Below, piece after piece: positions 1-9,473 of a stretch of DNA of 64,000 bases. The notes under the pieces were generated by a model. It saw only the letters and a list, made by a program, of their open reading frames with translations, did not search any database and was not told where the DNA came from. Source of the stretch: Actinomycetota bacterium (GTDB lineage: Bacteria > Actinomycetota > Acidimicrobiia > Spongiisociales > UBA11373); contig JAHJML010000138.1 in assembly GCA_018821365.1 (NCBI GenBank), positions 1,744 through 65,743 on the forward strand, written 5' to 3'. Both the position numbers and the translations under genes were made by a program. How positions within the stretch are numbered: position 1 is the stretch's first letter; every line of letters begins with the position of its first letter.

Positions 1-370
1 CGGCGAATCGGGCACCGGGCCCGGCGGCGACCTGGTGGCGGCCACCCGCCTGGCGGTCGAACTGGTCGGCAGCCTCGGTCTGGGCGGCTCACTGGTCTCG
101 TTCCGGGCAGCCGACAACGGCGCCTTCGGTGGCGATCTGGTCGCCCAGGTCCTGCGGGACGACCGGGCCCGCACGGCGGTCGAGAGCCTGCTCCACGAGC
201 AGAAGGCCGTCGTCGTCCGTCTGCTGTCGGAGCACCGCCACATCATCGAGGCGCTGCGGGATGCCCTGCTGGAGCGCGACGAACTGGTCGACCGCGAGAT
301 CCTCGAGGTCATCGAGGGGGCCGAGCGCCAGGCCGGGCTGCTGATCGACCTCCGCGAACCGGTCCGGTAG
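1..370 (+). CDS. ftsH: ATP-dependent zinc metalloprotease FtsH, C-terminal fragment; the gene continues upstream of the window edge
   Basis: The reading frame is open from nt 2 with no stop. Translation ...GESGTGPGGDLVAATRLAVELVGSLGLGGSL... matches the conserved FtsH C-terminal block (TGAxNDlxrATxiARxMVtxwGMS), followed by the acidic, helical C-terminal tail typical of FtsH. Confidence 0.6.
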   Translation, partial: GESGTGPGGDLVAATRLAVELVGSLGLGGSLVSFRAADNGAFGGDLVAQVLRDDRARTAVESLLHEQKAVVVRLLSEHRHIIEALRDALLERDELVDREILEVIEGAERQAGLLIDLREPVR

Positions 371-376
371 GCCGGC

Positions 377-1516
377 TCAGTCGGGCTGATCGCCATCGGA
401 GCCGTCGGCCCGGCCCCGCACCGCCCTCGCCAGGCCGGCCACCGGCTTGGTGGTGAGGCGGACCACCCCCGACAAGCCCCGTCCGATCGTCTTGGGGACC
501 TCCCCGAAGCGGGGGCCGCCGATGAAGCCCCGCCGGGAGAAGTAGAACCACAGGCCGACTCCTACCAGCGCCATCGCCCCCAGCAGGCCGAAGTACGACC
601 ATCTCCAGGCAAGCTCGGGCATGTGCCTGAAGTTCATCCCGTAGATGCCGGCCATCAGCGACAGCGGCAGCACGATCGCCGCAAACACCGTCAGGACCTT
701 CATCACCTCGTTGGCCTTCTCGGCCACCGAAGCCCGGTAGGTCTCCAGCACGGCACCCAGCAATCCCCTCGAGGCATCGAGCGTCTCGATGATCCGTTCA
801 AAGCCGTCCTCGATGCTGGCGAAGCGCATCCGGGCCCGTTGCCCCAACCCGGAGAGGTCCTCTCTCGCCAGGCGGTGGGTGGCGTCCTCCAGGGGCCCGG
901 CCACCCGCCGCAGCAGCAAGCCGTCGCGTCGCAGGGCGTGGATCTCGCCGATGACGGCGGCGTCGCCGGCGAGGGCCCGATCCTCGAGGCTGTCGATCTG
1001 CTGCTCCAGTGAGTCCACCACCGTGCGGAACCTGGCTGCTTCGGCCTCGACGAGAAGAGCGAGGAACCGATCGGGACCCCCGCCCCCCAGACGGCCCGGT
1101 TCGGTCAGATGGCTCCGCATCCATCCGAACCCGGGGAGGTCTTCGTGGAGGAACGTCACCAGATACCCCGGGCCCAGGAAGGCGTCGTATTCGACCATCC
1201 GCAACCTCTGCTCGTCGTCGGCGATCCCCAGCAGCACCGCCATGGTGTGATCCGGGTAGTCGTCCACCTTGGGGTACTCGGATTCGTCGAGCACGTCCTC
1301 GACGGCGAGGTGGTCGAAGCCGAACTGATCGGCGATCGCCTGCACCTCGGCGGGCACCACCCCCACCACATCGAGCCAAATCCACCCTCCGGCCGCCCGC
1401 AGTCCGGCCAGATCGGCGGGGTCGGCCTCCACGGCCCGGTCGGCACCGGGGGCGACGTAGTACAGACGCTGCATCCCCCGATTATGGGGCATCGGGGCCG
1501 GTTCCCCCGGGATCAC
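377..1516 (-). CDS. corA: CorA family magnesium/cobalt transporter
   Basis: 379 aa ORF. It has the YGMNF (GMN) signature immediately before two C-terminal transmembrane helices, and a large cytoplasmic N-terminal domain. The true start may be an internal Met (MQRLYYV). Confidence 0.85.
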   Translation of the reverse strand: MIPGEPAPMPHNRGMQRLYYVAPGADRAVEADPADLAGLRAAGGWIWLDVVGVVPAEVQAIADQFGFDHLAVEDVLDESEYPKVDDYPDHTMAVLLGIADDEQRLRMVEYDAFLGPGYLVTFLHEDLPGFGWMRSHLTEPGRLGGGGPDRFLALLVEAEAARFRTVVDSLEQQIDSLEDRALAGDAAVIGEIHALRRDGLLLRRVAGPLEDATHRLAREDLSGLGQRARMRFASIEDGFERIIETLDASRGLLGAVLETYRASVAEKANEVMKVLTVFAAIVLPLSLMAGIYGMNFRHMPELAWRWSYFGLLGAMALVGVGLWFYFSRRGFIGGPRFGEVPKTIGRGLSGVVRLTTKPVAGLARAVRGRADGSDGDQPD

Positions 1517-1533
1517 CCTGCTAGCTTCGCCGC

Positions 1534-2100
1534 ATGGCGGCCGGCTACGAAGTCCATCCAGTCACCCCCGACCGCCGGGCCGACCTGCTGCGCCTGTTCG
1601 GGCCCAACGGGGTCTCCAATTGCTGGTGCGCCTGGTGGCTGCTCGACAACCGGGGGTGGGAGGAAGCCGGCGCCGACGGGCGCCGGGAGCTGATCGAACG
1701 GATGGTGGCCGACGGCGAGGTGCCCGGCCTGCTCGCCTACGCCGACGGTGAGCCGATGGGATGGGTGGCGCTGGGACCGCGCTACCGCTACGCCCGGATG
1801 ATGTCGGCCCGCTCCAGGGTGTACAAACCACTCGACGACGATCCGTCGTGGGTGATCAACTGCTTCTTCATGGACAAGGGGTGGCGGGGCAAGGGCGTGG
1901 CCACCGCCCTGCTGGAGGCTGCGGTCGGCTATGCCCGGTCGCAGGGAGCGGAGCGGATCGAGGGATACCCCAAGGACACCTCGCTCAGGAAGATCTCCAA
2001 CGCCGACTTGTTCGTGGGATCGCTACAGATGTTCCTGGAGGCGGGGTTCACCGAGGTCACCCGGGTCGGCGATCGCCCGCTGGTGCGCCTGGAGGGGTGA
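1534..2100 (+). CDS. GNAT family N-acetyltransferase
   Basis: 188 aa. It has an acetyl-CoA binding motif (WRGKGVATALLEAAVGYARSQG, matching the Q/RxxGxG/A pattern) and the GNAT fold pattern. Confidence 0.75.
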   Translation: MAAGYEVHPVTPDRRADLLRLFGPNGVSNCWCAWWLLDNRGWEEAGADGRRELIERMVADGEVPGLLAYADGEPMGWVALGPRYRYARMMSARSRVYKPLDDDPSWVINCFFMDKGWRGKGVATALLEAAVGYARSQGAERIEGYPKDTSLRKISNADLFVGSLQMFLEAGFTEVTRVGDRPLVRLEG

Positions 2101-2165
2101 GGGCCGGAGTCCGTGCCCTCCCGGACCCCACCCTGATCAACGCTTCCCCGAACCCGATCCCGCCC

Positions 2166-3413
2166 CTACGTCCCCTGCTGCCAGGAGGCCAGGTAGGACT
2201 CCTGCTCCGGAGTGAGCTTCTCCAACGAGCCCCCCAGGTGCTCCAGCGCGATCCAGGCGACCTCGCGGTCGAGGTGCTCGGGGAGGCGGTAGACCTCGTT
2301 GCCGAGGTCGTCGGTGTTGGCCAGCAGCCACTCGGCGGCCAGCGCCTGGTTGCTGAACGACATGTCCATCACCTCGGCCGGATGCCCCTCGGCCGCGCTC
2401 AGGTTGACCAGCCTGCCCTCGGAGACCACCAGGATGCGGCGGCCGTCGGGCATGGTCCACTCGTCCAACTCGTGGCGGATCCGCCGCTTGGCGGTGGCCC
2501 GCTTCTCCAACTCGGTGAGGTCCAACTCGACGTCGAAGTGGCCGGCGTTGGCGAGGATCGCCCCATCCTTCATCACGTCGTAGTGCTCGCCGCGCAGCAC
2601 GTGCAGGTTGCCGGTGACGGTGATGAACACGTCGCCGATCCGGGCCGCCCGGTCGGCATCGACCGCCTGGTAGCCCTCCATGGCGGCCGACAGCGCCCGC
2701 ACCGGGTCGATCTCGACCACCGCCACCTTGGCGCCCATCCCGGCCGCCCGAGCGGCCACCCCCACCCCGCAGTCCCCGTAGCCCACCACCACCACGGTCT
2801 TGCCGGCTAACAGCAGGTTGGTGGCTCGCATGATCCCGTCGAGCGCCGACTGCCCGGTTCCGTGACGGTTGTCGAACAGATGCTTGGTGGCGGAGTCGTT
2901 GACCGCCACCACCGGGAAGCGGAGCACCCCGTCGGCGGCCATCGCCCGCAGCCGGACCACGCCGGTGGTGGTCTCCTCGGTCGAGCCGACCGGATCCTGG
3001 TTGGGGCGCTCCCTGAGCAGCACCGTGACCAGGTCGGCTCCGTCGTCCATGGTGATGTGCGGTTCGGTGTCGAGGACCGCCCGGATGTGGGAGTAGTAGG
3101 TGTCGGCGTCCTCGGCCCGGATCGCAAACACCGGGATGCCGTCGGCCACCAGGGCGGCGGCGACGTCGTCCTGGGTGCTGAGGGGATTGCTGGCGCACAG
3201 CGCCACCTCGGCCCCGCCCGCCCGCAGCGCCAGCATCAGGTTGGCGGTCTCGGCGGTGACGTGGAGGCAGGCGGCGATCCGCTTGCCGGCCAGGGTCTGA
3301 TCCTTCTCGAAGCGCTCCCGCACCGTGGCGAGCACCGGCATCCGACTGCCCGCCCACTCGATGCGGAGGGCGCCTGCGCCCGCTAGGGCCGGATCGGCGA
3401 TGTCGTGGTCCAC
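2166..3413 (-). CDS. ahcY: adenosylhomocysteinase (S-adenosyl-L-homocysteine hydrolase)
   Basis: 415 aa with full-length similarity to SAHH. It has the NAD-binding GYGDCGVGVA glycine-rich loop, the catalytic HFDVE region and the typical C-terminal tail. Confidence 0.95.
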   Translation of the reverse strand: MDHDIADPALAGAGALRIEWAGSRMPVLATVRERFEKDQTLAGKRIAACLHVTAETANLMLALRAGGAEVALCASNPLSTQDDVAAALVADGIPVFAIRAEDADTYYSHIRAVLDTEPHITMDDGADLVTVLLRERPNQDPVGSTEETTTGVVRLRAMAADGVLRFPVVAVNDSATKHLFDNRHGTGQSALDGIMRATNLLLAGKTVVVVGYGDCGVGVAARAAGMGAKVAVVEIDPVRALSAAMEGYQAVDADRAARIGDVFITVTGNLHVLRGEHYDVMKDGAILANAGHFDVELDLTELEKRATAKRRIRHELDEWTMPDGRRILVVSEGRLVNLSAAEGHPAEVMDMSFSNQALAAEWLLANTDDLGNEVYRLPEHLDREVAWIALEHLGGSLEKLTPEQESYLASWQQGT

Positions 3414-4414
3414 TATTCCTCCTCGGCCAGTCGCTGCTTGAGCGACTGGATGACGTCGACGGGCATCGGATCCATGCCGGCGCGCTCCGCGATCGCCACC
3501 GACAGCAGATCGCCGATCACGATCAGGCTGAACAGGCGGGCCACCAGGCTCTCGCCCTGCGACTCGACCTCACCGACGATGCCGACCCGATCCCCCACCA
3601 ATGCTGCCGTCAAACCGGCCCGCAGCGCCACCCGGGGGTGGGCATCCCGGTCGAACAGCGTGACGATGCCGATGCGGTCCGTCAGCTTCGGGTAGGCCTC
3701 CCACCCGACGATCTCGTTGTGGTCCAACTCGGGCAGCACCGACCAGTAGGCGGGGGCCTTGCCGTTCTCGTTGATCTGGCACTTCCAGCGGTTGGCGGCC
3801 ACCGCCGCCGGACCGTGGCCCCCGTAGATGACGGCAACCCGGCCTTCCAAGCCCTCGGCGAGGTCCTCGGCCAGCGCCACCCCTGGTCCGACCCCCCCGC
3901 CGATCAGCATCTCGACCACGTCGGCAGCCTCGGCGAGGTCGGCGGACAGGGGAGGCACCACCCCGGCGGCCTCCGCCAGGCGCAGCGTCGCCCCGGCCAG
4001 ATACCCGACGGCCGCCCGGGGCTGCGGGCCGGACGGGGCGGCGATCATCGGCCAGCCGCCGTCGGACGCCAGCTCGCCGAGCCTGCCGCCGGTGGTGACG
4101 ACGGCGGGAGCCAGGCCTGCCTCCACGGCGGCGGCCACCGAGGACAGCGTCTCCTCGGTGTTGCCGCTGTGAGAGACCGCCACCAGCAGCGGGCGGGATC
4201 GGGCGGCCCACCCTGGCAGTCCGTACGACTTGTGGACACCGATCCGGCCGCCCGAGGCATCAGCGACCGCCCCGGCGATGTCACCGGCGATGCCGGAGCC
4301 GCCCATCCCGGCGACCAGGATCTCGTCGGCCGCAGCAACCTCCGGCGGTGTGAGACCGGCCGCCCAGCGCAACTGGTCGGGCAACTCGGCGATCAATCCC
4401 GCCATGGTGGTCAT
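3413..4414 (-). CDS. bifunctional phosphoglucose/phosphomannose isomerase (SIS-domain type)
   Basis: Two SIS-like halves (VAGMGGSGIAGDI ... SHSGNTEETL). Start called at MTTMAGLIA because its ATG overlaps the stop of the upstream Trm112-like gene (ATGA). The stop overlaps the ahcY start by 1 nt. Confidence 0.75.
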   Translation of the reverse strand: MTTMAGLIAELPDQLRWAAGLTPPEVAAADEILVAGMGGSGIAGDIAGAVADASGGRIGVHKSYGLPGWAARSRPLLVAVSHSGNTEETLSSVAAAVEAGLAPAVVTTGGRLGELASDGGWPMIAAPSGPQPRAAVGYLAGATLRLAEAAGVVPPLSADLAEAADVVEMLIGGGVGPGVALAEDLAEGLEGRVAVIYGGHGPAAVAANRWKCQINENGKAPAYWSVLPELDHNEIVGWEAYPKLTDRIGIVTLFDRDAHPRVALRAGLTAALVGDRVGIVGEVESQGESLVARLFSLIVIGDLLSVAIAERAGMDPMPVDVIQSLKQRLAEEE

Positions 4415-4563
4415 GATCCGCCCTCCCCTGTCGAAGGCGGGATGGCCTCCTCGGGAAGCATCACAGGGATGCCGTCGCGCACCGGGTACTGCACCCGGCA
4501 GCCGGTGCACTCCAGGGTCTCGCCGCGATCCACCAGGGGAGCCCGGCAGAGGGGACAGGCCAT
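4411..4563 (-). CDS. Trm112-family small zinc-ribbon-like protein
   Basis: 50 aa (MACPLCRAPLVDRGETLECTGCRVQYPVRDGIPVMLPEEA) with the CxxC...CxxC pattern and Trm112/YcaR-like sequence. It sits between pmm and pmi, as in other actinobacteria. Confidence 0.6.
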   Translation of the reverse strand: MACPLCRAPLVDRGETLECTGCRVQYPVRDGIPVMLPEEAIPPSTGEGGS

Positions 4564-4579
4564 GATCGCCAGCAGTTCC

Positions 4580-5926
4580 TCAGATACGGACACCGCCACC
4601 CACCTCCAGCACGCCTTGCACCGCAGCGACCAATTGGCCGACCAGGTCGGCGTCCGGTGCCTCGACGTTGAGCCGCAGCACCGGTTCGGTGTTGGAGGGA
4701 CGCAGGTTGAACCAGCGGTCGTCCCAGGACACCGTGAGCCCGTCCAGGTGGTCCACCTCGCCGTCGAAGGCCGCGGCCACTTCGGCGGTGGAACCGGCCT
4801 GGTCGTGCACCTGGAAGTTGATCTCGCCCGACTGGGCATACGGCTCGAAGTCCTTGCGGATCTCCGACAGCGGCCTGCCGTCCTCCGACAGCAATTGGAG
4901 CAGCACCAGCATCGCCAGGATCCCCGAGTCCGCCCGGTAGTTGTCCTTGAAGTAGTAGTGCCCGGAATGCTCGCCGCCGAAGACCGCCCCGGTCTCCTTC
5001 ATGACGCCCTTGATGAACGAGTGGCCCACCCTGGTGCGCACCGGCGTGCCGCCGTGGGCGATCACCGTCTCGGGCACCGCCCTGCTGCAGATGAGGTTGT
5101 GGACGATGGAGGCCCCCGGGTTCCGGCCGAGGTACCAGGCGGCCACCATGGCCGTCATGGTGCTGCCGGGCAGCGGGTGAAGTCGATCGTCGATGAAGAA
5201 CGCCCGATCGGCATCCCCGTCGAAGGCGACCCCTAGGTCGAGGTGCTCGTCCCGCATCACCGCCAGCAGGTCCCGGAGGTTCTCGGGGCGGAGTGGGTCG
5301 GGGTGGTGGTTGGGGAACGCCCCGTCCGGCTCGAGGTAGAGGCCCCGCAGGCGGACGGGCAGCCGATCGAACACGGCGGGCACGGCCACCCCGGCCACTC
5401 CGTTGCCCCCGTCGGCGCCGACGTGCAGGTCCCTGAACGTGTCGGGATCGACGATCGAGAGGACGTGCTCGACGTACCCCTCGAGGATGCCGGTGATGGC
5501 CACCTCCCCGGCCGGACCGGTTGCCGGGAGGCCCTCGGCGGCCAATGCCTTGATCTCCACCAGGCCCGTCTCCTCACCAACGGGGGCGGCCCCTGCCAGG
5601 CACATCTTGATCCCGTTGTATCCCTTGGGATTGTGCGAGGCGGTGATCATCACGCCGGGTTCGTCGAGCGAACCGGCGGCGAAGTAGACCATGTCGGTGG
5701 TGATCATCCCCAGATCGTCCACCGCCACCCCCTGCGAGGTGATCCCCTCGATCAGAGCGGCCGCCAGACCCGGCGACGACTCCCGGCAATCGCGCCCCAC
5801 CGCCACCCGGGGGGCGCCGGCGAATCGGGCGAAGGCGGCCCCGATCCGGCGAGCCGCCTCGTCGTCGAGTTGCTCGGGAACCAGGCCGCGTACGTCGTAC
5901 GCCTTGAAGATGGTGTCGAGATCCAT
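4580..5926 (-). CDS. manB: phosphomannomutase/phosphoglucomutase
   Basis: 448 aa alpha-D-phosphohexomutase. It has the active-site TASHNP motif, a metal-binding DGDADR loop and the sugar-binding GEHSGH. Confidence 0.9.
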   Translation of the reverse strand: MDLDTIFKAYDVRGLVPEQLDDEAARRIGAAFARFAGAPRVAVGRDCRESSPGLAAALIEGITSQGVAVDDLGMITTDMVYFAAGSLDEPGVMITASHNPKGYNGIKMCLAGAAPVGEETGLVEIKALAAEGLPATGPAGEVAITGILEGYVEHVLSIVDPDTFRDLHVGADGGNGVAGVAVPAVFDRLPVRLRGLYLEPDGAFPNHHPDPLRPENLRDLLAVMRDEHLDLGVAFDGDADRAFFIDDRLHPLPGSTMTAMVAAWYLGRNPGASIVHNLICSRAVPETVIAHGGTPVRTRVGHSFIKGVMKETGAVFGGEHSGHYYFKDNYRADSGILAMLVLLQLLSEDGRPLSEIRKDFEPYAQSGEINFQVHDQAGSTAEVAAAFDGEVDHLDGLTVSWDDRWFNLRPSNTEPVLRLNVEAPDADLVGQLVAAVQGVLEVGGGVRI

Positions 5927-5980
5927 TGGGCCGCATTGTACGGCCGGGCCCGGCCGGAGCCGCCCCTACACTCATGGCCC

Positions 5981-6691
5981 GTGCCCAGGCCCACCGTCAC
6001 CATCGTCATCCCGATCCACAACGAGGCCGGTTTCCTCGTCGGCGCCGTCGAACGCCTGACCGCCGAACTGGCCGCCGTCGACGCCGACTGCGACATCATC
6101 CTGGCCGAGAACGGGTCTACCGACGGCACCGCCGGGCTCGCCGCCGACCTGGCCGCCCGCCGGGGAGACCTGACCCTCATCCGACTGCCCGACCCCGACT
6201 ACGGGGCGGCCATGCGCAGCGGATTTCGGGCCGCCGGCGGGGAGTGGGCCGTCAACTTCGACATCGACTACTTCTCGGGCGAGTTCCTGCAGCAGGCCCT
6301 CGGGTTGGCGGCCGGGGCCGACATCGTGCTGGCATCCAAGAGGGCAACCGGTTCCGACGACCGGCGCAGCCGGTTCCGCCGGATGGGAACCATGGTGTTC
6401 AATCGCATCCTGCGATGGCTGTTCAGATCGTCGGTGAGCGACACCCACGGCATGAAACTGATCCGCCGTGAGGTGATCACCTCGGTGCTGCCACTGGTGA
6501 CGTCGACCAAGGACCTGTTAGACACCGAACTGGTGCTGCGCGCCGAGCGGGACGGATTCCGCATCGCCGAGTTGCCGGTGGTGGTCGAAGAACAACGGGA
6601 CGCCAGGTCGTCGTACCTGAAGCGGGTGCCCCGCACGCTGCGGGGCCTGGTTGGGATCCGGTTCAGGATGTGGCAGGAAGACCGCCGCTGA
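5981..6691 (+). CDS. family 2 glycosyltransferase (polyprenol-phosphate sugar synthase / DPM1-like)
   Basis: GTG start proposed at 5981; the upstream part of the 5243..6691 ORF is antisense to manB. It has a GT-A fold: VTIVIPIHNE, DxD-like DADCDIILAENGSTDGT, and a C-terminal amphipathic region as in DPM1/GtrB-like enzymes. Confidence 0.75.
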   Translation: MPRPTVTIVIPIHNEAGFLVGAVERLTAELAAVDADCDIILAENGSTDGTAGLAADLAARRGDLTLIRLPDPDYGAAMRSGFRAAGGEWAVNFDIDYFSGEFLQQALGLAAGADIVLASKRATGSDDRRSRFRRMGTMVFNRILRWLFRSSVSDTHGMKLIRREVITSVLPLVTSTKDLLDTELVLRAERDGFRIAELPVVVEEQRDARSSYLKRVPRTLRGLVGIRFRMWQEDRR

Positions 6692-6709
6692 GGCCGGGCG
6701 GCGGCGGCG

Positions 6710-8902
6710 TCATGCCTCGGCGCGCGCCTCGGCCTGCAGACGCCGCTGCCGGCGCCAGTACCCCAAACCGGCCAGGGTCAGCAGCGTCACCACCGTGATC
6801 ACCATGCCGTCGGTCTCGACCCAGGTGTTGCGGAAGTCGACCACGACCTGCTCCTCGGTCGGGATGACCAGCATCAGCGACGGTGCCGCCCGCCACGGCC
6901 CCTCGGCTCCAGTCGCCTGCCAGTTGGGGAAGTCCGACACCTTGATCAGGTGGGGGACGCCGACCGCGGTGGTCGTGAAGGAGATCCGATGGTCTTCGAG
7001 CACGATGTCGGTCACCTCGCCGGTCGCCCGCAGCGGCGCCCGGGTCGACGAATCCAGGGTGGAGACCCGGGGCCACACCGCAGGCCCGTCCTCGGCCAGC
7101 CAGCGGTCGAGACCGTCGACGTCGTCGTACCAGCCGAGGGCGGCTTCGTTGAAGGATCCCTCGCCGTCCCAGACGGCCGGGAGGTAGCGGGCGACCTCGA
7201 CCAGGGGGGCATCGGGCAGGGCGTAGATGGTGAAGGGATCGGTCTCGGCCAGCACTTCGAGGCCGTAGCCGGTGGCGGCCTGGGTCGCCTCGTCGGTGAA
7301 CGACACGTAGTAGGCCACGTCGTAGAGCATCAGGTGCTTCTCGGCCCGGGCGAAGTCCATCCGGCGGTAGTCGAGGCCGGGGATGGGGTTGGAGGGCGCC
7401 TGGCTCACCTCGGACGCATTGAGGAAGTGAAACGGCGTGGTGATCGACGACTCGAACAGCAACCCCTCCATCGAGGGGTGCCCCTCGGTCCAGTAGCCGG
7501 TCAGCATCAACGCCATCGGCGTCCCGTAGCGATTGAGATCGCGGTTGGCCTCCCACATCACCCGCCCGTCGGGGAGCCGATCCAATTCCTCCATGAGGTT
7601 CTGGTACTCGGTCCAGCCGTCCTTGCCCTCGTATCCGGTGAAGTTCCAACGGGCCCATCCGGGCGCCTTCTGGACGCCGGCGACCCCGCCCACCACCACC
7701 AGCACCCCGGCGATCGCCGCCGCCGCCCACACCGACCCGGGCCGGGCCGAGACCCTGCGAACCAGGGCGGTGACGGCCATCCCGATGAAGATGCCGGCCA
7801 GCAGGTAGACCGAGAAGTACCAATAGGGGAGCAGGCGGGCGTTGTACAACTTCCTGAAGTCGATGAACTCGATGACGTAGTACCCGGCCACCGGCACCAC
7901 CATGAGCATCACCAAGGGCCCCACCGTCGCTTTGCGAGCGACCGCCCACATCAATCCGACCGCCGCCAGCAGCACCATCGGCCACAACTCGCGGGGGAAG
8001 ACGTTCTCGATCCCCGACACGGCGTGCCAGCGCATGTCCGTCGTGTAGCCGCCCAGCGTGCGGACCAGCACCGGGAGCGCCCAGAAGGCGGCGAGGGCGA
8101 ACCCGAGACCCCACGACCCGATCACCGCACCCGGCCCCTTGCGTCGGAACAGCAACGGCAGCGAGGCGACCACCACCACCATCGTGGTGATGAGGTGCGA
8201 CAGCGCGGTGAGCGCCAGCAGCGCTCCGGCCCCGACGGTGAACCCGCGCCCCTCCCTGGTGTTGCGGATCACGACGCCCAGGTAGAGGAGGCTCAGTGAG
8301 AACGACCACGAGAAGGAGTACTCCCCTGCCAGCGTCGACAGGGTGTTCCCCCCGAAGATGGTGAAACTCTCCATGAAGATGAACATCGCCCCGCTGAGAC
8401 CGCCCACCAGGGCAACCGGCCGGGCGAGGCCCATGCTCCGTGCGAAGTAGTAGGAGGAGAACGGCATGGAGGCCAGTCCGGCGATCGTCACCAGTTTGAA
8501 GGCAACCCCGTAGGGGAGGATCACATCCAGGAAGACGATCGTGATCGCCGGCAGTGGGAAGTAGAAGTAGAGCATCGGGAACCCGGCATACCAATCGTTG
8601 CTCCACCCGATCAACCGGCCGTGCGAGAGCAGGTTGTCCCGCAGGTAGGCCGGGATCAGGACGTGGGCGCCCATGTCGCCGCCGGTGGGGGTGTTGGCCT
8701 GCAGGGCGAGGTCGACCCGCATCCACCCCAGAATGGCGGCCATCGCCCCGAACAAGACCACCCACCCGGCGATCCGAACGTCGCGGCGGCGCAGCACGAT
8801 GGAGGCACGCGAGCCAATGGGGGTGTTGGGCGTCGTCACGGCGCCCGAGAGTACTGCGGGTTGGAGAGGATGGGTACCGGGGCGGGTGCTATCCCGCGGC
8901 AC
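6710..8902 (-). CDS. large polytopic membrane protein with extracytoplasmic C-terminal domain; putative GT-C-type glycosyltransferase of unknown specificity
   Basis: 730 aa with about 12 predicted N-terminal TM helices and an acidic first loop (GGDMGAHVLIPAY...WSNDWYAGFP). A roughly 250 aa soluble domain and a final TM helix follow. This architecture resembles polyprenyl-phosphate-dependent GT-C enzymes (YfhO/PMT/STT3-like), but no diagnostic motif was recognised. Confidence 0.55.
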   Translation of the reverse strand: MPRDSTRPGTHPLQPAVLSGAVTTPNTPIGSRASIVLRRRDVRIAGWVVLFGAMAAILGWMRVDLALQANTPTGGDMGAHVLIPAYLRDNLLSHGRLIGWSNDWYAGFPMLYFYFPLPAITIVFLDVILPYGVAFKLVTIAGLASMPFSSYYFARSMGLARPVALVGGLSGAMFIFMESFTIFGGNTLSTLAGEYSFSWSFSLSLLYLGVVIRNTREGRGFTVGAGALLALTALSHLITTMVVVVASLPLLFRRKGPGAVIGSWGLGFALAAFWALPVLVRTLGGYTTDMRWHAVSGIENVFPRELWPMVLLAAVGLMWAVARKATVGPLVMLMVVPVAGYYVIEFIDFRKLYNARLLPYWYFSVYLLAGIFIGMAVTALVRRVSARPGSVWAAAAIAGVLVVVGGVAGVQKAPGWARWNFTGYEGKDGWTEYQNLMEELDRLPDGRVMWEANRDLNRYGTPMALMLTGYWTEGHPSMEGLLFESSITTPFHFLNASEVSQAPSNPIPGLDYRRMDFARAEKHLMLYDVAYYVSFTDEATQAATGYGLEVLAETDPFTIYALPDAPLVEVARYLPAVWDGEGSFNEAALGWYDDVDGLDRWLAEDGPAVWPRVSTLDSSTRAPLRATGEVTDIVLEDHRISFTTTAVGVPHLIKVSDFPNWQATGAEGPWRAAPSLMLVIPTEEQVVVDFRNTWVETDGMVITVVTLLTLAGLGYWRRQRRLQAEARAEA

Positions 8903-9104
8903 CCTTGCGGGACTTCTCCAGCACGGTGGTCAGGTCGATGACCTGCCCGTCGGAGTTCCACCATCGGTACTCGCACCGGTGGCACGAGTTGAACTCGACG
9001 TTGGTCCCGTCGGGCAACGTCAGGTTGATCTGGATCGCATCCTTGGCGCCGCAGTCGGCGCACTCCACCTGCGCGGTCGAACCGACCTTCCTACGGCTGG
9101 TCAT
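8889..9104 (-). CDS. small zinc-ribbon protein (hypothetical)
   Basis: 71 aa (MTSRRKVGSTAQVECADCGAK...FNSCHRCEYRWW) with a C-x2-C ... C-x2-C motif and non-repetitive composition. It overlaps the start of the upstream membrane-protein gene by 14 nt. Confidence 0.45.
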   Translation of the reverse strand: MTSRRKVGSTAQVECADCGAKDAIQINLTLPDGTNVEFNSCHRCEYRWWNSDGQVIDLTTVLEKSRKGAAG

Positions 9105-9129
9105 CGGTCCTCCTCCTCCATCCGGCTCC

Positions 9130-9441
9130 TCATCCGGTACCTATCTTCTCGGCAGCCGCAGGAGGCGGGTTGAGCGAATCGTCGCCCAACTTCCCGACGT
9201 ACCGGGAGCGGCGGGTGCCGCTCTCCGACCAGTAGGCATACCAGTAGGGACCGTGCGGGCACCGGGTGCAATTGGCCTTTCCGCACTTGATCCACTGCTC
9301 CCGGAGCCTGACATTGGGGGCTGCGGTCCCGAAGGCCTCGCCGCGGGACTCGAGGCGAGCCTTGGCCAGCATCAGGAGGCGGCGCAGATCGTGCTCGTCC
9401 ATCTCCCTGACGGCTTCGATGACGTCCCGTTCGAGCGACAT
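9130..9441 (-). CDS. hypothetical small Cys-containing protein
   Basis: Start taken at MSLERDVIEAVREMDEHDL. It has a helical N-terminus and a C-terminal CGKANCTRCPHGPYWYAYW motif. The function is unknown. Confidence 0.4.
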   Translation of the reverse strand: MSLERDVIEAVREMDEHDLRRLLMLAKARLESRGEAFGTAAPNVRLREQWIKCGKANCTRCPHGPYWYAYWSESGTRRSRYVGKLGDDSLNPPPAAAEKIGTG

Positions 9442-9473
9442 GGGTGTCCTCCACGGAGAGCCTCTGCCCTGCT

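Noticed and set aside
5243-5980. N-terminal half of the 5243..6691 ORF
   Set aside because: It overlaps manB on the opposite strand and lacks GT2 features. The genuine GT2 begins near GTG 5981, just after the manB start.
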